Of a DNA stretch of 64,000 nt, positions 20,350 to 30,318 are shown one piece after another. Numbering within the stretch: the stretch's first letter is position 1; each line of letters opens with the position of its first letter. The position numbers and the translations under genes were made by a program. The DNA is taken from IMG/VR virus record IMGVR_UViG_3300044613_003178; one strand, 5' to 3'. The notes under the pieces are model-generated. The model was not told the origin of the DNA. It made no database searches and saw only the letters and a list, made by a program, of their open reading frames with translations. The DNA comes from a virus.

Positions 20350-21866
20350 CGTCCTACACTCCTAGGCAAATTAAAAGTATTTCTTACACTCGTAGTTAAA
20401 TTTGGATAGCACTGTGCGTCCGTACAAAGTTGTTCAACTTTACCCAAACCACCCAATTCTTCAACTGTAGTTGTTCCTTTTAATAGATTATCTAATTGAT
20501 CTGCTGCTGTATCTGCTGAATCAGAATATTCAGAATCTCTTCTTAGTGATAATGTTGTTTTCAAATCAAATCCTAGTGTATCTCCTCTATTGACTAGAGA
20601 ATGTTTAATTTTTGTTATTAGGAACTTACCAACAAAAAATGGATCTCTTCTATCTTTTGAACCAGTACTATCAACTTGTGGTCTACCAAAAAATACAACA
20701 TCTCCAAGATTCAAACCAACATTTCCTTTTATTTCAACATCAACGCCAAACTGATCCATTGCTTCCATAGAAGCAATTCTTTGTAACAACCACTTCTCTA
20801 CATTGTTTGCTGGATTATCTGGATTTCCTGGCTTTTCATTTTTATCGTATAATTTTGTAGCCTTTGGATAGTATTTTATTACTGTTTCAGGATTTTTATA
20901 CGCCTGATTAATTATACTTGCATCATCTGAAAAGTTTTTATCCACAAGTTGTCTGTCGTATAAGTGATCCTGTTTCTTAAATAATTCATCATAACGCATG
21001 GTTGTTTTTGCAAACTTTTTTCTGGTTATATCAAATGTTAAACATGTTGATGCATACATTCCGTCCTTTACATTGTTTAAAGGAGAAAAATCTTTAGCAA
21101 CATGCTGTAATGCCTCAAATGAAGTTCTTTTTGTTATTTCACCAGAAACAACATTATTATCTGGCATGATTCGTATTGTTATACCATCATCTTCTTTTGT
21201 GCCAATTACTGGTTCATTTTTCATCAATCTACCAATACTAGTAAAATGGTGGATATGATCTATATCTTCATAAAAAATAAAGTTATGATTTTGTTTATCT
21301 GTTGATCCACTGTATGCTCTACTAGTAAGCCACATTATTGCTTTCATTGGAGAGAAATTTGGAATTACAACTTTTTGTTTTGAATTTGTTTCTTCTTCAA
21401 CCGATACATCTATAGAAAGATAATTTTTTGCTATACTAGAAACAATACTGCTAATTTTATTATTATATGCTTTTCTTACTTTTTTAAATTCATTAGTAAA
21501 CATTCCTTTTGAACAAAAATGAAATGTTGTTGCCTGTTTAAATATTGCTTGTTCACCAGCAGATTCTAATGGTATCATTGATACCTTATAGATGTAATAT
21601 TTTTCTGCTTTTAATTTTTTATCTCTTGATACTGGTTTTGTTTTTGTTGAAAATGAAAACAAAACCTCTTCTCCCTTACCAACAATACCGCCTCTAAATT
21701 CTTTAGTTACTCTGCTACTAGGAACATCAACAATTGTTATATCTCCAGTTACAAATGGATCATATAGACTTTGATATAAGTTTATAGAAGTGACTACTGT
21801 TGTAACATCAACAGAAACATCTTCAGATTTTATTATTATACTTCCTAGTGTTTCTAAATTAATCAT
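20346..21866 (-). CDS. Baseplate hub protein (gp27-like)
   Basis: INLYQSLYDPFVTGDITIVD, VIPNFSPMKAIMWL, FIFYED, GKFLITKIKH; position next to gp5. Confidence 0.7.
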   Translation of the reverse strand: MINLETLGSIIIKSEDVSVDVTTVVTSINLYQSLYDPFVTGDITIVDVPSSRVTKEFRGGIVGKGEEVLFSFSTKTKPVSRDKKLKAEKYYIYKVSMIPLESAGEQAIFKQATTFHFCSKGMFTNEFKKVRKAYNNKISSIVSSIAKNYLSIDVSVEEETNSKQKVVIPNFSPMKAIMWLTSRAYSGSTDKQNHNFIFYEDIDHIHHFTSIGRLMKNEPVIGTKEDDGITIRIMPDNNVVSGEITKRTSFEALQHVAKDFSPLNNVKDGMYASTCLTFDITRKKFAKTTMRYDELFKKQDHLYDRQLVDKNFSDDASIINQAYKNPETVIKYYPKATKLYDKNEKPGNPDNPANNVEKWLLQRIASMEAMDQFGVDVEIKGNVGLNLGDVVFFGRPQVDSTGSKDRRDPFFVGKFLITKIKHSLVNRGDTLGFDLKTTLSLRRDSEYSDSADTAADQLDNLLKGTTTVEELGGLGKVEQLCTDAQCYPNLTTSVRNTFNLPRSVGR

Positions 21867-21867
21867 A

Positions 21868-22608
21868 TTAAACAGCCATAGAATTTGAATATTCTTGTTC
21901 TATTCTTGTTGCTACCTCTGGTAGTGGAATGTAAATATAACGCTTTTTATCGTTTTCTGTCATCTCATATTGATAGTTGGTTATCACTTCATTACTTACA
22001 CCATTTATGTATCCTTGTAAATAACCAAGTAATGGATCTAGATAAATTCCATTTGCCTCAAAATGATGCAAAGAATCTTGTTCATACAGGTTTACTCTAC
22101 CAATTTTTGCAATTGTTGGAGTTGTGTCTAAAAATCTGACAAATTCATTTTTTGTAAAAGTGCCATTCAATTGTCTTATAGTTAATTTACTCAACGATGG
22201 ATTCCAATCAACCACTTCTGCTGTTTTACTGGAACTAGTTGTTGATCTAATTACATCACCTTTTTTAATATTGTAATTATTGATACTATCAAGGTAAAAG
22301 AAAATTGAAGAAAGACCACCGTACTTATTTTTTACATAAGCATCAAATGCTGTAGATGAAAGTGGCCAATCAGTATAAATCCCTTTCATATTGTTTACTA
22401 ATAAAATTATCCAAGAATATGATTGTTTATTGTATATTTGTTTAGCAATTGATTCTGCAGTGTCACCTTCTCTTACATAATATGGAATTGAATATTGTGT
22501 ATTACGAAAAACTTCATATGTCTTTATGGTTGAAGTTATATCTGTTACGGTGATTTGGTTGCCGTTTTTATCTAATTGTGTTGTATATGGGTGCTTTGTA
22601 AAAAACAT
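21868..22608 (-). CDS. gp53: Baseplate wedge subunit gp53
   Basis: YYVREGDTAESIAKQIY..YSWIILLVNN..DWPLS, ITNYQYE..ENDKKRYI. Confidence 0.88.
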   Translation of the reverse strand: MFFTKHPYTTQLDKNGNQITVTDITSTIKTYEVFRNTQYSIPYYVREGDTAESIAKQIYNKQSYSWIILLVNNMKGIYTDWPLSSTAFDAYVKNKYGGLSSIFFYLDSINNYNIKKGDVIRSTTSSSKTAEVVDWNPSLSKLTIRQLNGTFTKNEFVRFLDTTPTIAKIGRVNLYEQDSLHHFEANGIYLDPLLGYLQGYINGVSNEVITNYQYEMTENDKKRYIYIPLPEVATRIEQEYSNSMAV

Positions 22609-22609
22609 T

Positions 22610-23419
22610 TTACATCTCTACAAAATTGTCTGGTGGTTTGGAAACAGTTGGTTGTTCTAAGTAATAAGGTACATCTGGTGGTGTACTGTTTAATAATGGA
22701 GGTGGATCTGGATCATAACGAACTGTTGGTTTAGCATAAACCACACCTTCAGAAACCATTCTATAATATGAGAATGATACAGATTGTTTTACATAGTTTG
22801 AATCTGGTTCCCACGAATATTCTATAGAACCTATATTTGTTGGATATGCACCAATAAATTGTGTATTGTACACTTTATTATTTTGTGTATCCAGTTGAGT
22901 TAAAACAATTAATGACGAATCTGTATAATTGTTATAATATTCCACTCCATTAACCGTATCGAAGATATATTCTTGCCAATTTAAAAAGAACTTTCTTTCT
23001 TTATAATTGTCTGTCATTCTAAAACTTAAAGTCAATTCATTACCGTAATCTATGGTGTATGGTAATCTCAATACTGGCAAATTGTTCAACTTATAATCTG
23101 ATGTAAACAATGATTGATTTGGTATACTGGCATTTTCACAAACAAATCTTAATCCATTCCTATCAGATAATGCTGAAAGTGTGTTATTTGTTAGTCTTGG
23201 TGGGAATACTGTTGCAAAAAACCTATTGGTTCTGTATAAGATTCCAGAAGTAAACAAAAAGTTAGCAAGTTCTGTTGCTGAATCACCAGTAACTGGGGAA
23301 AAAGAACCAACAGAGTCATATGGTTTAAATGACCCTGCGGAGATTCTATCCGTTAGTCCCTGAAATGATTTTATGCTGTTTGCGCCGTTTAATGGTCCAA
23401 ATGGTCCAAATGTGCTCAT
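22610..23419 (-). CDS. Baseplate tail-tube initiator (gp54-like, tube fold)
   Basis: G..RTNRF, CENASIP, LTLSF, ERKFFLNWQEYI, AYPTNIGSIEYSW, VSFSY. Confidence 0.7.
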   Translation of the reverse strand: MSTFGPFGPLNGANSIKSFQGLTDRISAGSFKPYDSVGSFSPVTGDSATELANFLFTSGILYRTNRFFATVFPPRLTNNTLSALSDRNGLRFVCENASIPNQSLFTSDYKLNNLPVLRLPYTIDYGNELTLSFRMTDNYKERKFFLNWQEYIFDTVNGVEYYNNYTDSSLIVLTQLDTQNNKVYNTQFIGAYPTNIGSIEYSWEPDSNYVKQSVSFSYYRMVSEGVVYAKPTVRYDPDPPPLLNSTPPDVPYYLEQPTVSKPPDNFVEM

Positions 23420-23860
23420 TTAGTTTGTTCCTAGTGTTTTTTCTGTTATTATTTTAAATTCCCAATTTTGTTTTTTAGCAAATTCCGAAGCAGCATTCCA
23501 CTTAGAATTATTTATTAACCAAGTTTTACTTTCTTTTATAAATGTTCTTTGCTTCTTGTTATCTGACTGTTTAGGTTGAATACATTGTCTAGATGGCTTG
23601 ATTTCTACAAGGTAAACCTTCTTTTCCCCTGTTTTTTCTTGCACTTCTATGACAAAATCAACAAAATACCTATGAACTCTGTTATCTATGGGCGAAATAT
23701 ATGGTATAGCAAGTTCTTCTGATGACCATTTCAAAACATTATCGTTTCTATCACAAAAAACCATAAATCTTCTCTCTAATAGAGAGCGATAAATGATGTT
23801 GTTTGAGTTACCAACATACTTTTCTGGGTTTTCTGGGTGATATTTACCTTTGTATGGCAT
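23420..23860 (-). CDS. gp4: Head completion nuclease gp4
   Basis: YKGKYHPENPEKYVG..IIYRSLLERRFM..WSSEE..YISPIDNRVHRYFVDF, VEIKP, KWNAA. Confidence 0.93.
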   Translation of the reverse strand: MPYKGKYHPENPEKYVGNSNNIIYRSLLERRFMVFCDRNDNVLKWSSEELAIPYISPIDNRVHRYFVDFVIEVQEKTGEKKVYLVEIKPSRQCIQPKQSDNKKQRTFIKESKTWLINNSKWNAASEFAKKQNWEFKIITEKTLGTN

Positions 23861-23867
23861 ATAAATA
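23860..23867 (+). promoter_or_regulatory. T4-type late promoter TATAAATA
   Basis: Exact gp55 consensus in the divergent gp4/gp48 gap. Confidence 0.7.
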
Positions 23868-23870
23868 AAA

Positions 23871-25166
23871 ATGAACAGAATTCTTTCCTATTTATCTAAA
23901 AAAATGTTAATTAAAAAAGAAAACATAGCAAACTACTCAAAACTAGGTTCTTGGACTCCTGAAGAAGTTTCAGATCCTAATCCACCAGTTTCAATACCAG
24001 ATTTGAACTCAGTACCAGCAAATTATGAATCTCTGATAGGAGATACTTTGGATGCTGCCGGTAGAGAAAAAACTCTATCAAATAAAGAAGCATTAAATTT
24101 TATTGAAAATAGAGCCAAAGCACTAGAACAAAAATTACCAACTGTAGATTCAGATATCATAAAACAATTATCATTTAGTGGTGATACTAGCAAATTAAGA
24201 GATTGCATGGTAATAGTTCTCTATTCACCATCAAGCAATGAAAATCCAAATTTAAGCAATTCGCCACAAGAATTAAACAGAAAGGGTGCGGAATTTGCAA
24301 CAGTTGGAATAGAAAAAATTGGTGGTTATATTGATGCAATACCAGAACAAAAAATAACAAATGAATCTACTGCACTTGATAAATTAGGAGTATTAACAAC
24401 AGGTCTTTTAAAGGGTGGTAAACAAGCTGTTGAAAATTTTAATAAAACAAAAGAATTTACAAGTAATAATATTGAATCATTAAATAAAAATTTTTATACT
24501 GAAGGTGATACCGATTCACCAAATAAAAAGAAAACAATATTTTTACCATTGCCAAAACAAATAAACGATATACACAGTCACAATGTTGATGGGTTTTCAA
24601 ACAATCCGATAATACCAATAGGAGGTGTAGTATCCGGTCTTTTAAATTTAATTACTGGACCACTATCAGGAACACCTAATTCCAGAGCAGGTATTGGTAA
24701 AGCTTCTACTAATGTTGCTGAATTTCTTGCTAATAATGCTCAATTAGCAACAAGGAAAACAATTAATCCCGCTACAGAAACTCTTTATAGAAGTCCAAAT
24801 TTAAGAAATTGGCAATGGAATATCGAATTCCAGCCAACAAGCAAAGAAGAAGCAGATCAGTTCTTAAAAATAGTAGAAATGTTAAAACAACACTCATACC
24901 CAACACAAGATCTAGGTGGTATTTTATATACTTTCCCAGGTACTGTAGACTTTTATTTTAGAATAAATGGAGAAGAATCTAAAGTTCTACCAAAAAGTCT
25001 CCAAAAATGTTTCTTAAAAAGTGTACAATTAGATTATACACAACAAGGATTTTATGCACACTTTAAAGACGGTAATCCAGTTGTAATTACATTGACTCTA
25101 GATATAGCAGAAACAAGACTACTTGATAGAAACGATTTGGAAAATGCATTTGGTAAACCCGATTAA
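23871..25166 (+). CDS. gp48: Baseplate tail-tube cap gp48-like
   Basis: IFLPLP, INPATETLYRSPNLRNWQWNIEFQPTSKEEA, CFLKSVQLDY, DGNPV..LTL..E. The true start may be the second Met. Confidence 0.75.
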   Translation: MNRILSYLSKKMLIKKENIANYSKLGSWTPEEVSDPNPPVSIPDLNSVPANYESLIGDTLDAAGREKTLSNKEALNFIENRAKALEQKLPTVDSDIIKQLSFSGDTSKLRDCMVIVLYSPSSNENPNLSNSPQELNRKGAEFATVGIEKIGGYIDAIPEQKITNESTALDKLGVLTTGLLKGGKQAVENFNKTKEFTSNNIESLNKNFYTEGDTDSPNKKKTIFLPLPKQINDIHSHNVDGFSNNPIIPIGGVVSGLLNLITGPLSGTPNSRAGIGKASTNVAEFLANNAQLATRKTINPATETLYRSPNLRNWQWNIEFQPTSKEEADQFLKIVEMLKQHSYPTQDLGGILYTFPGTVDFYFRINGEESKVLPKSLQKCFLKSVQLDYTQQGFYAHFKDGNPVVITLTLDIAETRLLDRNDLENAFGKPD

Positions 25167-25176
25167 GGAGTAGATT

Positions 25177-25893
25177 ATGATTGATTTGAAAAATTTAGTA
25201 TCACTTCCAACATACACAACAACAGTACCATCAACTGGTAAAAAGGTTTCATTTAGACCCTTTGTTGTAAAGGAAGAAAAAATATTATTGATTGCTTTGG
25301 AATCAAAGGATGATGAACAAATTATGGGAGCAATGAAAAGTATATTCAATACATGCTTTTCTGAAAAATTAAATATTGAAGAAATGCCATATTTTGATGT
25401 TGAATATCTCTTTATCCAATTAAGAATGAAATCGATGGGCGAAGTTGTAGAAATAATTGTTAAAGATTCAGAAACTAATGAAAAATTTGAAACAGAAATG
25501 AAACTTGAAAATGTAATAGTTAAAAATCTTCCAGAAAAAACATCAACTACTATAAAGTTGAATGATAATATGGGTGTTATTATGAAATATCCATCTATAA
25601 GTGAATTTATAGAGATAGAAAAAAATGAAAAATCAAGAACAGAAACCATGTTTAATTTGATAGTGTCTTGTATAGATAAAATTTTTACAAAAGATCAAGT
25701 AATAAGTACAAAAGAAAAAAGTAAACAAGAAGTTATAGATTTTTTAGAAAATCTACCAAAAGAAATGTTTTTAAAAATTACACATTTTTTTGATAAATTA
25801 CCAAGAGTGACATATGAAGAAGAATTTGTAACTCCAACAAAAGGAAATAAAATACCCATAATTATAAATGATTTTAAATCTTTTTTCGAATAA
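25177..25893 (+). CDS. gp26: Baseplate hub assembly protein gp26
   Basis: LPTY...PSTGKKVSFRPFVVKEEKILLIA, FDVEYLFIQLRMKSMGE, MKYPS; ends in FF. Confidence 0.9.
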   Translation: MIDLKNLVSLPTYTTTVPSTGKKVSFRPFVVKEEKILLIALESKDDEQIMGAMKSIFNTCFSEKLNIEEMPYFDVEYLFIQLRMKSMGEVVEIIVKDSETNEKFETEMKLENVIVKNLPEKTSTTIKLNDNMGVIMKYPSISEFIEIEKNEKSRTETMFNLIVSCIDKIFTKDQVISTKEKSKQEVIDFLENLPKEMFLKITHFFDKLPRVTYEEEFVTPTKGNKIPIIINDFKSFFE

Positions 25894-25919
25894 CGCTCTC
25901 GGTTGAAAGTTTGAAAATA

Positions 25920-26090
25920 ATGTACGAAACAAATTATGCATTAATCGAGAGCGAAAAGTTTAATTTAGAAGAAATAGAAAATATGTTGCCTTGGGAAAGA
26001 AGAGTATACATTGGATTGCATATAAAGAATATACAAGAACAAAAAGAAAGAATGGAACAAGTTAGAAGAAAAAATAAAATCAAAGGATAA
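25920..26090 (+). CDS. gp51: Baseplate hub assembly catalyst gp51-like (56 aa; possibly expressed as a -1 frameshift fusion to gp26)
   Basis: Hand translation: MYETNYALIESEKFNLEEIENMLPWERRVYIGLH. EIENM.PWER is the gp51 signature. Confidence 0.8.
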   Translation: MYETNYALIESEKFNLEEIENMLPWERRVYIGLHIKNIQEQKERMEQVRRKNKIKG

Positions 26091-26094
26091 CTAG

Positions 26095-28116
26095 ATGCCA
26101 TTAAAAGAAGATAGAGATAAAATTTTAGAAAGTGTAAGTAAAAAAGTTGACGGGATTTCTAAAGTTATGGAATCTCTATATGATATTACTAAAAAACAAA
26201 ATGAAGTAACATCAGATCAAGTTGCAAAACAAGAAGAAACTGAGTCAGAATCAAAAGTATTATTAAATGAAGATAAAAAATATAGAATTAAAACAACTAA
26301 GTTATTAGAGGAAATAAGAGATAAAGAAATAAATGTTTCAACGGAGTCTGGTTTGGGTTCTTTGATTAGTGGAATTACTGATTTATTGGGTGGATTGGGT
26401 ATTGCCGGATTGGCAGGATCATTAATTGGGTTAACTGCTGCAATAAATGAATTAAAAAATTGGTTTGATGGTAAAGAAACACCAGTAATTAATAAGCCAG
26501 GAATGGCTGCAGGAACATCATCAGCAGCAGATATTGGTGCATCTGGTGCTGCAACTAGAGCAACTGCAAAAACGGTTTCAACAAAAACTTTAAAAAATTT
26601 AATACAAGGAAAACCTTTATTTTCACCTTTACCTGAAAGAGAATTTTCTAGAATTGCAGGAGAAAAGGCAAAAACTGCTATTACAGGTAAAAAACCAATA
26701 AGTGGAATTGGACCACAACAAAAAGCAACTCCATTTGAGAGAGTAAAAGCAGGAACAAGTGCAGTAGGCAGAGCGACAGGTGCTGCAACTATGAGTGCAG
26801 TTTCTGCTGGTAGATCTGCATTTTTAGGAGGAACTGCTCTTGGTGTTTCCACTCTTTTTGATCCAAATTTACAAAATGTACCATTTGCAGATAGATTAAA
26901 ACAAGCAGGTGTTGCTTTTGGTAAAGGCTCGTTATCTGCTGGTTTAGTAGATCTTGGTATCTCAACCACAGCAAATGCTTTTTCTGCAGCTGGTTTACCA
27001 TCTTTAGCAAGAGCTGTTCCTATTGTTGGATTAATGTATGGTGCTAGTGAGGCATTATATAGAGCATACACAGCAAGTGATTGGTCTAGAGGCATTGCGG
27101 AAAGTGAAATGTTAGATCAGGGAAGAATGGATTTAGAAAATACTAATAAGCAAGTAGAAATTATGGGTCAAGAAGCATTGAAATTGGCAAATGAAGGAAA
27201 AATAAATGAAGCAAAGATCGTAGAAGAACGAGCAGTAAAGATGGTAGAAAATGCTCAAAAGAATTTTTTTGCTTTACATAATATTGTAAAAACACATGAA
27301 AAATTAAATAATGTAGTAGATATGGATCTCGCTTGGGGTAAAGGAGAAAAATATTCAATACAAGATGTTAATACAATTTTAGAAACATTTAAAGATGCAA
27401 GAAATATTAATAATTCCGATGATCTCTATAAATATTACCTCAAAAAAGGTGCGGATAAAAAAATAAATTCTGTTTTGAATAGAATTGGTTTTGATAATGT
27501 TTTTATGCTATTAAAAGAAGCACCAGAAATACTAAAAGATTATAATACAAATCTTTGGGCAAGACCAAAGGAATATTTTAACAAATATGGTTCAGAATTA
27601 ATTAGTGCTGCACAAAGAGAAGAACAAGAAAGAAAACACAGAGAAGCTGTTAACGAAGCATATGGTCAGTATGCTGGTATGATGGCAAATGAAGGAATCA
27701 TTGAAGGAAGTAGATTTGGTTCATTTATAGTTGCTGGTGAAAATAGAACATCAGAAGCAGTTGTATCAACTAAACCAAATGCAGTAACAGAAAGTATTGG
27801 TAATAACATCTACAAGATAATAAAAGAAAATGCGTTAAATGATATAACAGCAACCCAAAGACAAACTATGGTTTTGGGTACAGTGTTAGCAAATACTGTT
27901 CAAGAATATAATGATGCATATAAGATAGCACCTTTATTATCTGGTTCATCCAGTTCATCAAATCCAATCATAGTCAATAACATGATTGGTGGTATGAATA
28001 GTGGTAGACTATTAGAAACAAATGGACACTTCAATTCTGCTGGAACTATACCAGATAAACATGAAAGTGTACTTGAAAAAGTTTATATGGACTATTATAA
28101 AGCAGCTATGTTATAA
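26095..28116 (+). CDS. Tape-measure-like / gp29-like baseplate hub protein
   Basis: Ala/Gly-rich helical protein with hydrophobic segments and a C-terminal G-II..(V)AGE..EAVV motif; follows gp26/gp51. Confidence 0.6.
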   Translation: MPLKEDRDKILESVSKKVDGISKVMESLYDITKKQNEVTSDQVAKQEETESESKVLLNEDKKYRIKTTKLLEEIRDKEINVSTESGLGSLISGITDLLGGLGIAGLAGSLIGLTAAINELKNWFDGKETPVINKPGMAAGTSSAADIGASGAATRATAKTVSTKTLKNLIQGKPLFSPLPEREFSRIAGEKAKTAITGKKPISGIGPQQKATPFERVKAGTSAVGRATGAATMSAVSAGRSAFLGGTALGVSTLFDPNLQNVPFADRLKQAGVAFGKGSLSAGLVDLGISTTANAFSAAGLPSLARAVPIVGLMYGASEALYRAYTASDWSRGIAESEMLDQGRMDLENTNKQVEIMGQEALKLANEGKINEAKIVEERAVKMVENAQKNFFALHNIVKTHEKLNNVVDMDLAWGKGEKYSIQDVNTILETFKDARNINNSDDLYKYYLKKGADKKINSVLNRIGFDNVFMLLKEAPEILKDYNTNLWARPKEYFNKYGSELISAAQREEQERKHREAVNEAYGQYAGMMANEGIIEGSRFGSFIVAGENRTSEAVVSTKPNAVTESIGNNIYKIIKENALNDITATQRQTMVLGTVLANTVQEYNDAYKIAPLLSGSSSSSNPIIVNNMIGGMNSGRLLETNGHFNSAGTIPDKHESVLEKVYMDYYKAAML

Positions 28117-28148
28117 AAAGAAAAGAGCCAGATTTCTCTGGCTCTCTT
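28115..28148. terminator. Intrinsic terminator between convergent genes
   Basis: Stem AGAGCCAGA/TCTGGCTCT with a GAAA loop and U-tract on the minus strand. Confidence 0.8.
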
Positions 28149-28169
28149 CCACACCATCTTCACATTAAC

Positions 28170-29090
28170 TCACTCGTCATCACTAGTAAGCTTCTCGAAG
28201 TAGGACATTGCATCCTCTTCCTCGACATCCTCTTCAATCTTCTTCTCAGCCATCTTTGCTGGCTTTGCAGTCTTGGGAGTCGAATACTTCAGTTCAGTCT
28301 CTGGTTCGAAGTCATCATCTGACATCTCCTCAGCCTTACGCTTACCCTCTGGAGCAGACTTGAGGACACTATCCAACTTCTTGGACAGTTCATCATAAGA
28401 CTTGAAGTTCTCTGGCTTGAGGAACTCCTGCAACTTGTGCTGCTTAGCCCAGACACCTTCCAGTTGCTTATCATCACCACCAAGAAGCGGAGTAGAATCA
28501 TCGAACTCGCTCTTGTCGTAGTTAACATAACCAGCAACCTTACGAATCTTCAACTTGAAGTCTGCACCCTTCCAGAAGTCAAAGACATTGGTTGGAGTCT
28601 CATCAGCAAACTCAGGCTGCAACTTCTCCATGATCTTGTCAAAGATCTTCTTACCAAACTTGAAAAGGAACACCTTTCCATCATTTGAAGGATTCTTTGG
28701 ATCTGAAACGACCATGATGTTGGCAATGTAAGACAACTTACGCTTGCGATCACGGGCTACGGTCTTGTCGTCCTCAATACCGGAATTCCAAAGTTCACTG
28801 TTTGCTTCACAAACAGGGCACTTACCACCGATAGTGGTCGGGCAGTTCTCAATGAACCAACCACCCTTGCCTTGGAAACCGTGTGAGAACACACGAACCC
28901 AAGGAACATCCTCACCCTCAACAGGGGGAAGGAAACGGATGACAGCGAAACCATTGCTTGCTTGATCAAGCGTAGGCTTCCAGAAACGATCATCCTTGTA
29001 AGACTCTGCGCCCTTATTCATCTTCTCTAGTTCTTCAGTCAGACGCGAAATGTTTTCCTGAGAACGCTTCTTTAGATCCTTGAACGACAT
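28170..29090 (-). CDS. gp32: Single-stranded DNA-binding protein gp32
   Basis: DDRFWKP, NGFAVIRFLP, HGFQGKGGWFIENCPTT..CPVCE, RKRKLSY, FKFGKKIFDKI; acidic tail. Confidence 0.97.
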   Translation of the reverse strand: MSFKDLKKRSQENISRLTEELEKMNKGAESYKDDRFWKPTLDQASNGFAVIRFLPPVEGEDVPWVRVFSHGFQGKGGWFIENCPTTIGGKCPVCEANSELWNSGIEDDKTVARDRKRKLSYIANIMVVSDPKNPSNDGKVFLFKFGKKIFDKIMEKLQPEFADETPTNVFDFWKGADFKLKIRKVAGYVNYDKSEFDDSTPLLGGDDKQLEGVWAKQHKLQEFLKPENFKSYDELSKKLDSVLKSAPEGKRKAEEMSDDDFEPETELKYSTPKTAKPAKMAEKKIEEDVEEEDAMSYFEKLTSDDE

Positions 29091-29146
29091 ATACGATATC
29101 TCCTTTTGTATGTTTTAAGTGTACGACATGTACGACTTACACCAGT

Positions 29147-29185
29147 AGTATACTACAGATACTGGAGTAGTCAAGGGTATTTATA
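29147..29185 (-). promoter_or_regulatory. Tandem late (TATAAATA) and sigma70-like (TTGACT-N16-TATACT) promoters for gp32
   Basis: Both motifs read directly upstream of the AAGGAG RBS. Confidence 0.6.
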
Positions 29186-29402
29186 TGGGTAGACGAGAAG
29201 ATTTTGGGAGTAGATTTAATGATTCACCCTCTTCTCTTAATTTTTCTACAATTGGTTTTGGTAGATGTTTTGCAATATATTCTGGATCTAAAGAATAATT
29301 TTCACATACAAAAAGAATTGCATCAATATAAGAATCTCCAGTCCTAAGAACTCTTTTTTCAATTTCTTGCTGAAGATTTAATTCACTATTTTCAATTATC
29401 AT
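29181..29402 (-). CDS. gp33: Late transcription coactivator gp33
   Basis: SYIDAILFVCE...DPE.IAK...PIVEKLREEGESLNLLPKSSRLPI. Confidence 0.88.
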   Translation of the reverse strand: MIIENSELNLQQEIEKRVLRTGDSYIDAILFVCENYSLDPEYIAKHLPKPIVEKLREEGESLNLLPKSSRLPI

Positions 29403-30318
29403 ATTCTTTATTCTCCATGTATTTTTCTAAACTATATTTTGGTTCCCAATTTAATAGTTCTTTTGCTTTTGTTATGTCTGCAAGAGTATGTCGTGCTTCT
29501 CCGTTTCTTGCAGGTACATGAATATACTCTCCATTCATCATCTTTGCAATATCTAAAACTGAAAAAGATTTACCAGTTCCAATGTTTATTATATTTCCAT
29601 TTAATTTATGTTCACAATTCATTGCTGCTATATTTGCAGAAACAATATCAGAAACATGGATATAATCTCTTGTTTGTAAACCATCCCCAACAATAGTCAT
29701 TTTTTCATTGTTTTTCTTTTGTCTAGAAAATACACCAATTACTGGTGCATATGATCCACGAATAGGTTGTCTTGGTCCATAAACATTGAAATAACGGAAA
29801 CATATGCTATCAATACCATACATTTCAGAATATAATTTAAATAATCCTTCAGAAAACAATTTTGAATATGAATACATGTTCAGACAACTAGGACTTAATA
29901 CTTCTGTTTGTGGTAGTGTATCATTTAATCCATAAATTGCAGATGTGCTTGAAAACATTACTTTTTTTACATTAAACAATCTACATGCTTCTAGTATGTT
30001 TTGAGTTCCAACAGTATTTGTATTAAATGCTTTTGTTGGTTCATTTATACAATTTTGTATTCTTGCTTCTGCTGCTAAATGAAAAACATAGTCTGGTCTA
30101 TGTCTTTCAAATATACCATTTACTATATGTTTATTATTAATATCATCTTTATAATAAACAACATTTTTATTATAATAAAATTTATCATGGGCATCAGATG
30201 AAAGATTGTCAATAACTGTTACATTATAATTTTCTGATATGCAAAGTCTATCAACAATATTAGAACCAATAAATCCACAACCACCTGTAACTAACATGTT
30301 CATGAACTTAACCACCAA
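29392..30318 (-). CDS. NAD-dependent nucleotide-sugar epimerase/dehydratase
   Basis: LVTGGCGFIGS, VFHLAA, Y.YSK, RYFNVYGPRQ, GDGLQTRDYIHVSD. Confidence 0.92.
   Translation of the reverse strand: MVVKFMNMLVTGGCGFIGSNIVDRLCISENYNVTVIDNLSSDAHDKFYYNKNVVYYKDDINNKHIVNGIFERHRPDYVFHLAAEARIQNCINEPTKAFNTNTVGTQNILEACRLFNVKKVMFSSTSAIYGLNDTLPQTEVLSPSCLNMYSYSKLFSEGLFKLYSEMYGIDSICFRYFNVYGPRQPIRGSYAPVIGVFSRQKKNNEKMTIVGDGLQTRDYIHVSDIVSANIAAMNCEHKLNGNIINIGTGKSFSVLDIAKMMNGEYIHVPARNGEARHTLADITKAKELLNWEPKYSLEKYMENKEYDN

Noticed and set aside
26217-27095. Long antisense ORFs (e.g. 26217-27095, 6433-7074, 43262-43792, 62878-63534)
   Set aside because: They are shadows on the opposite strand of well-supported genes, with no RBS or recognisable motifs.
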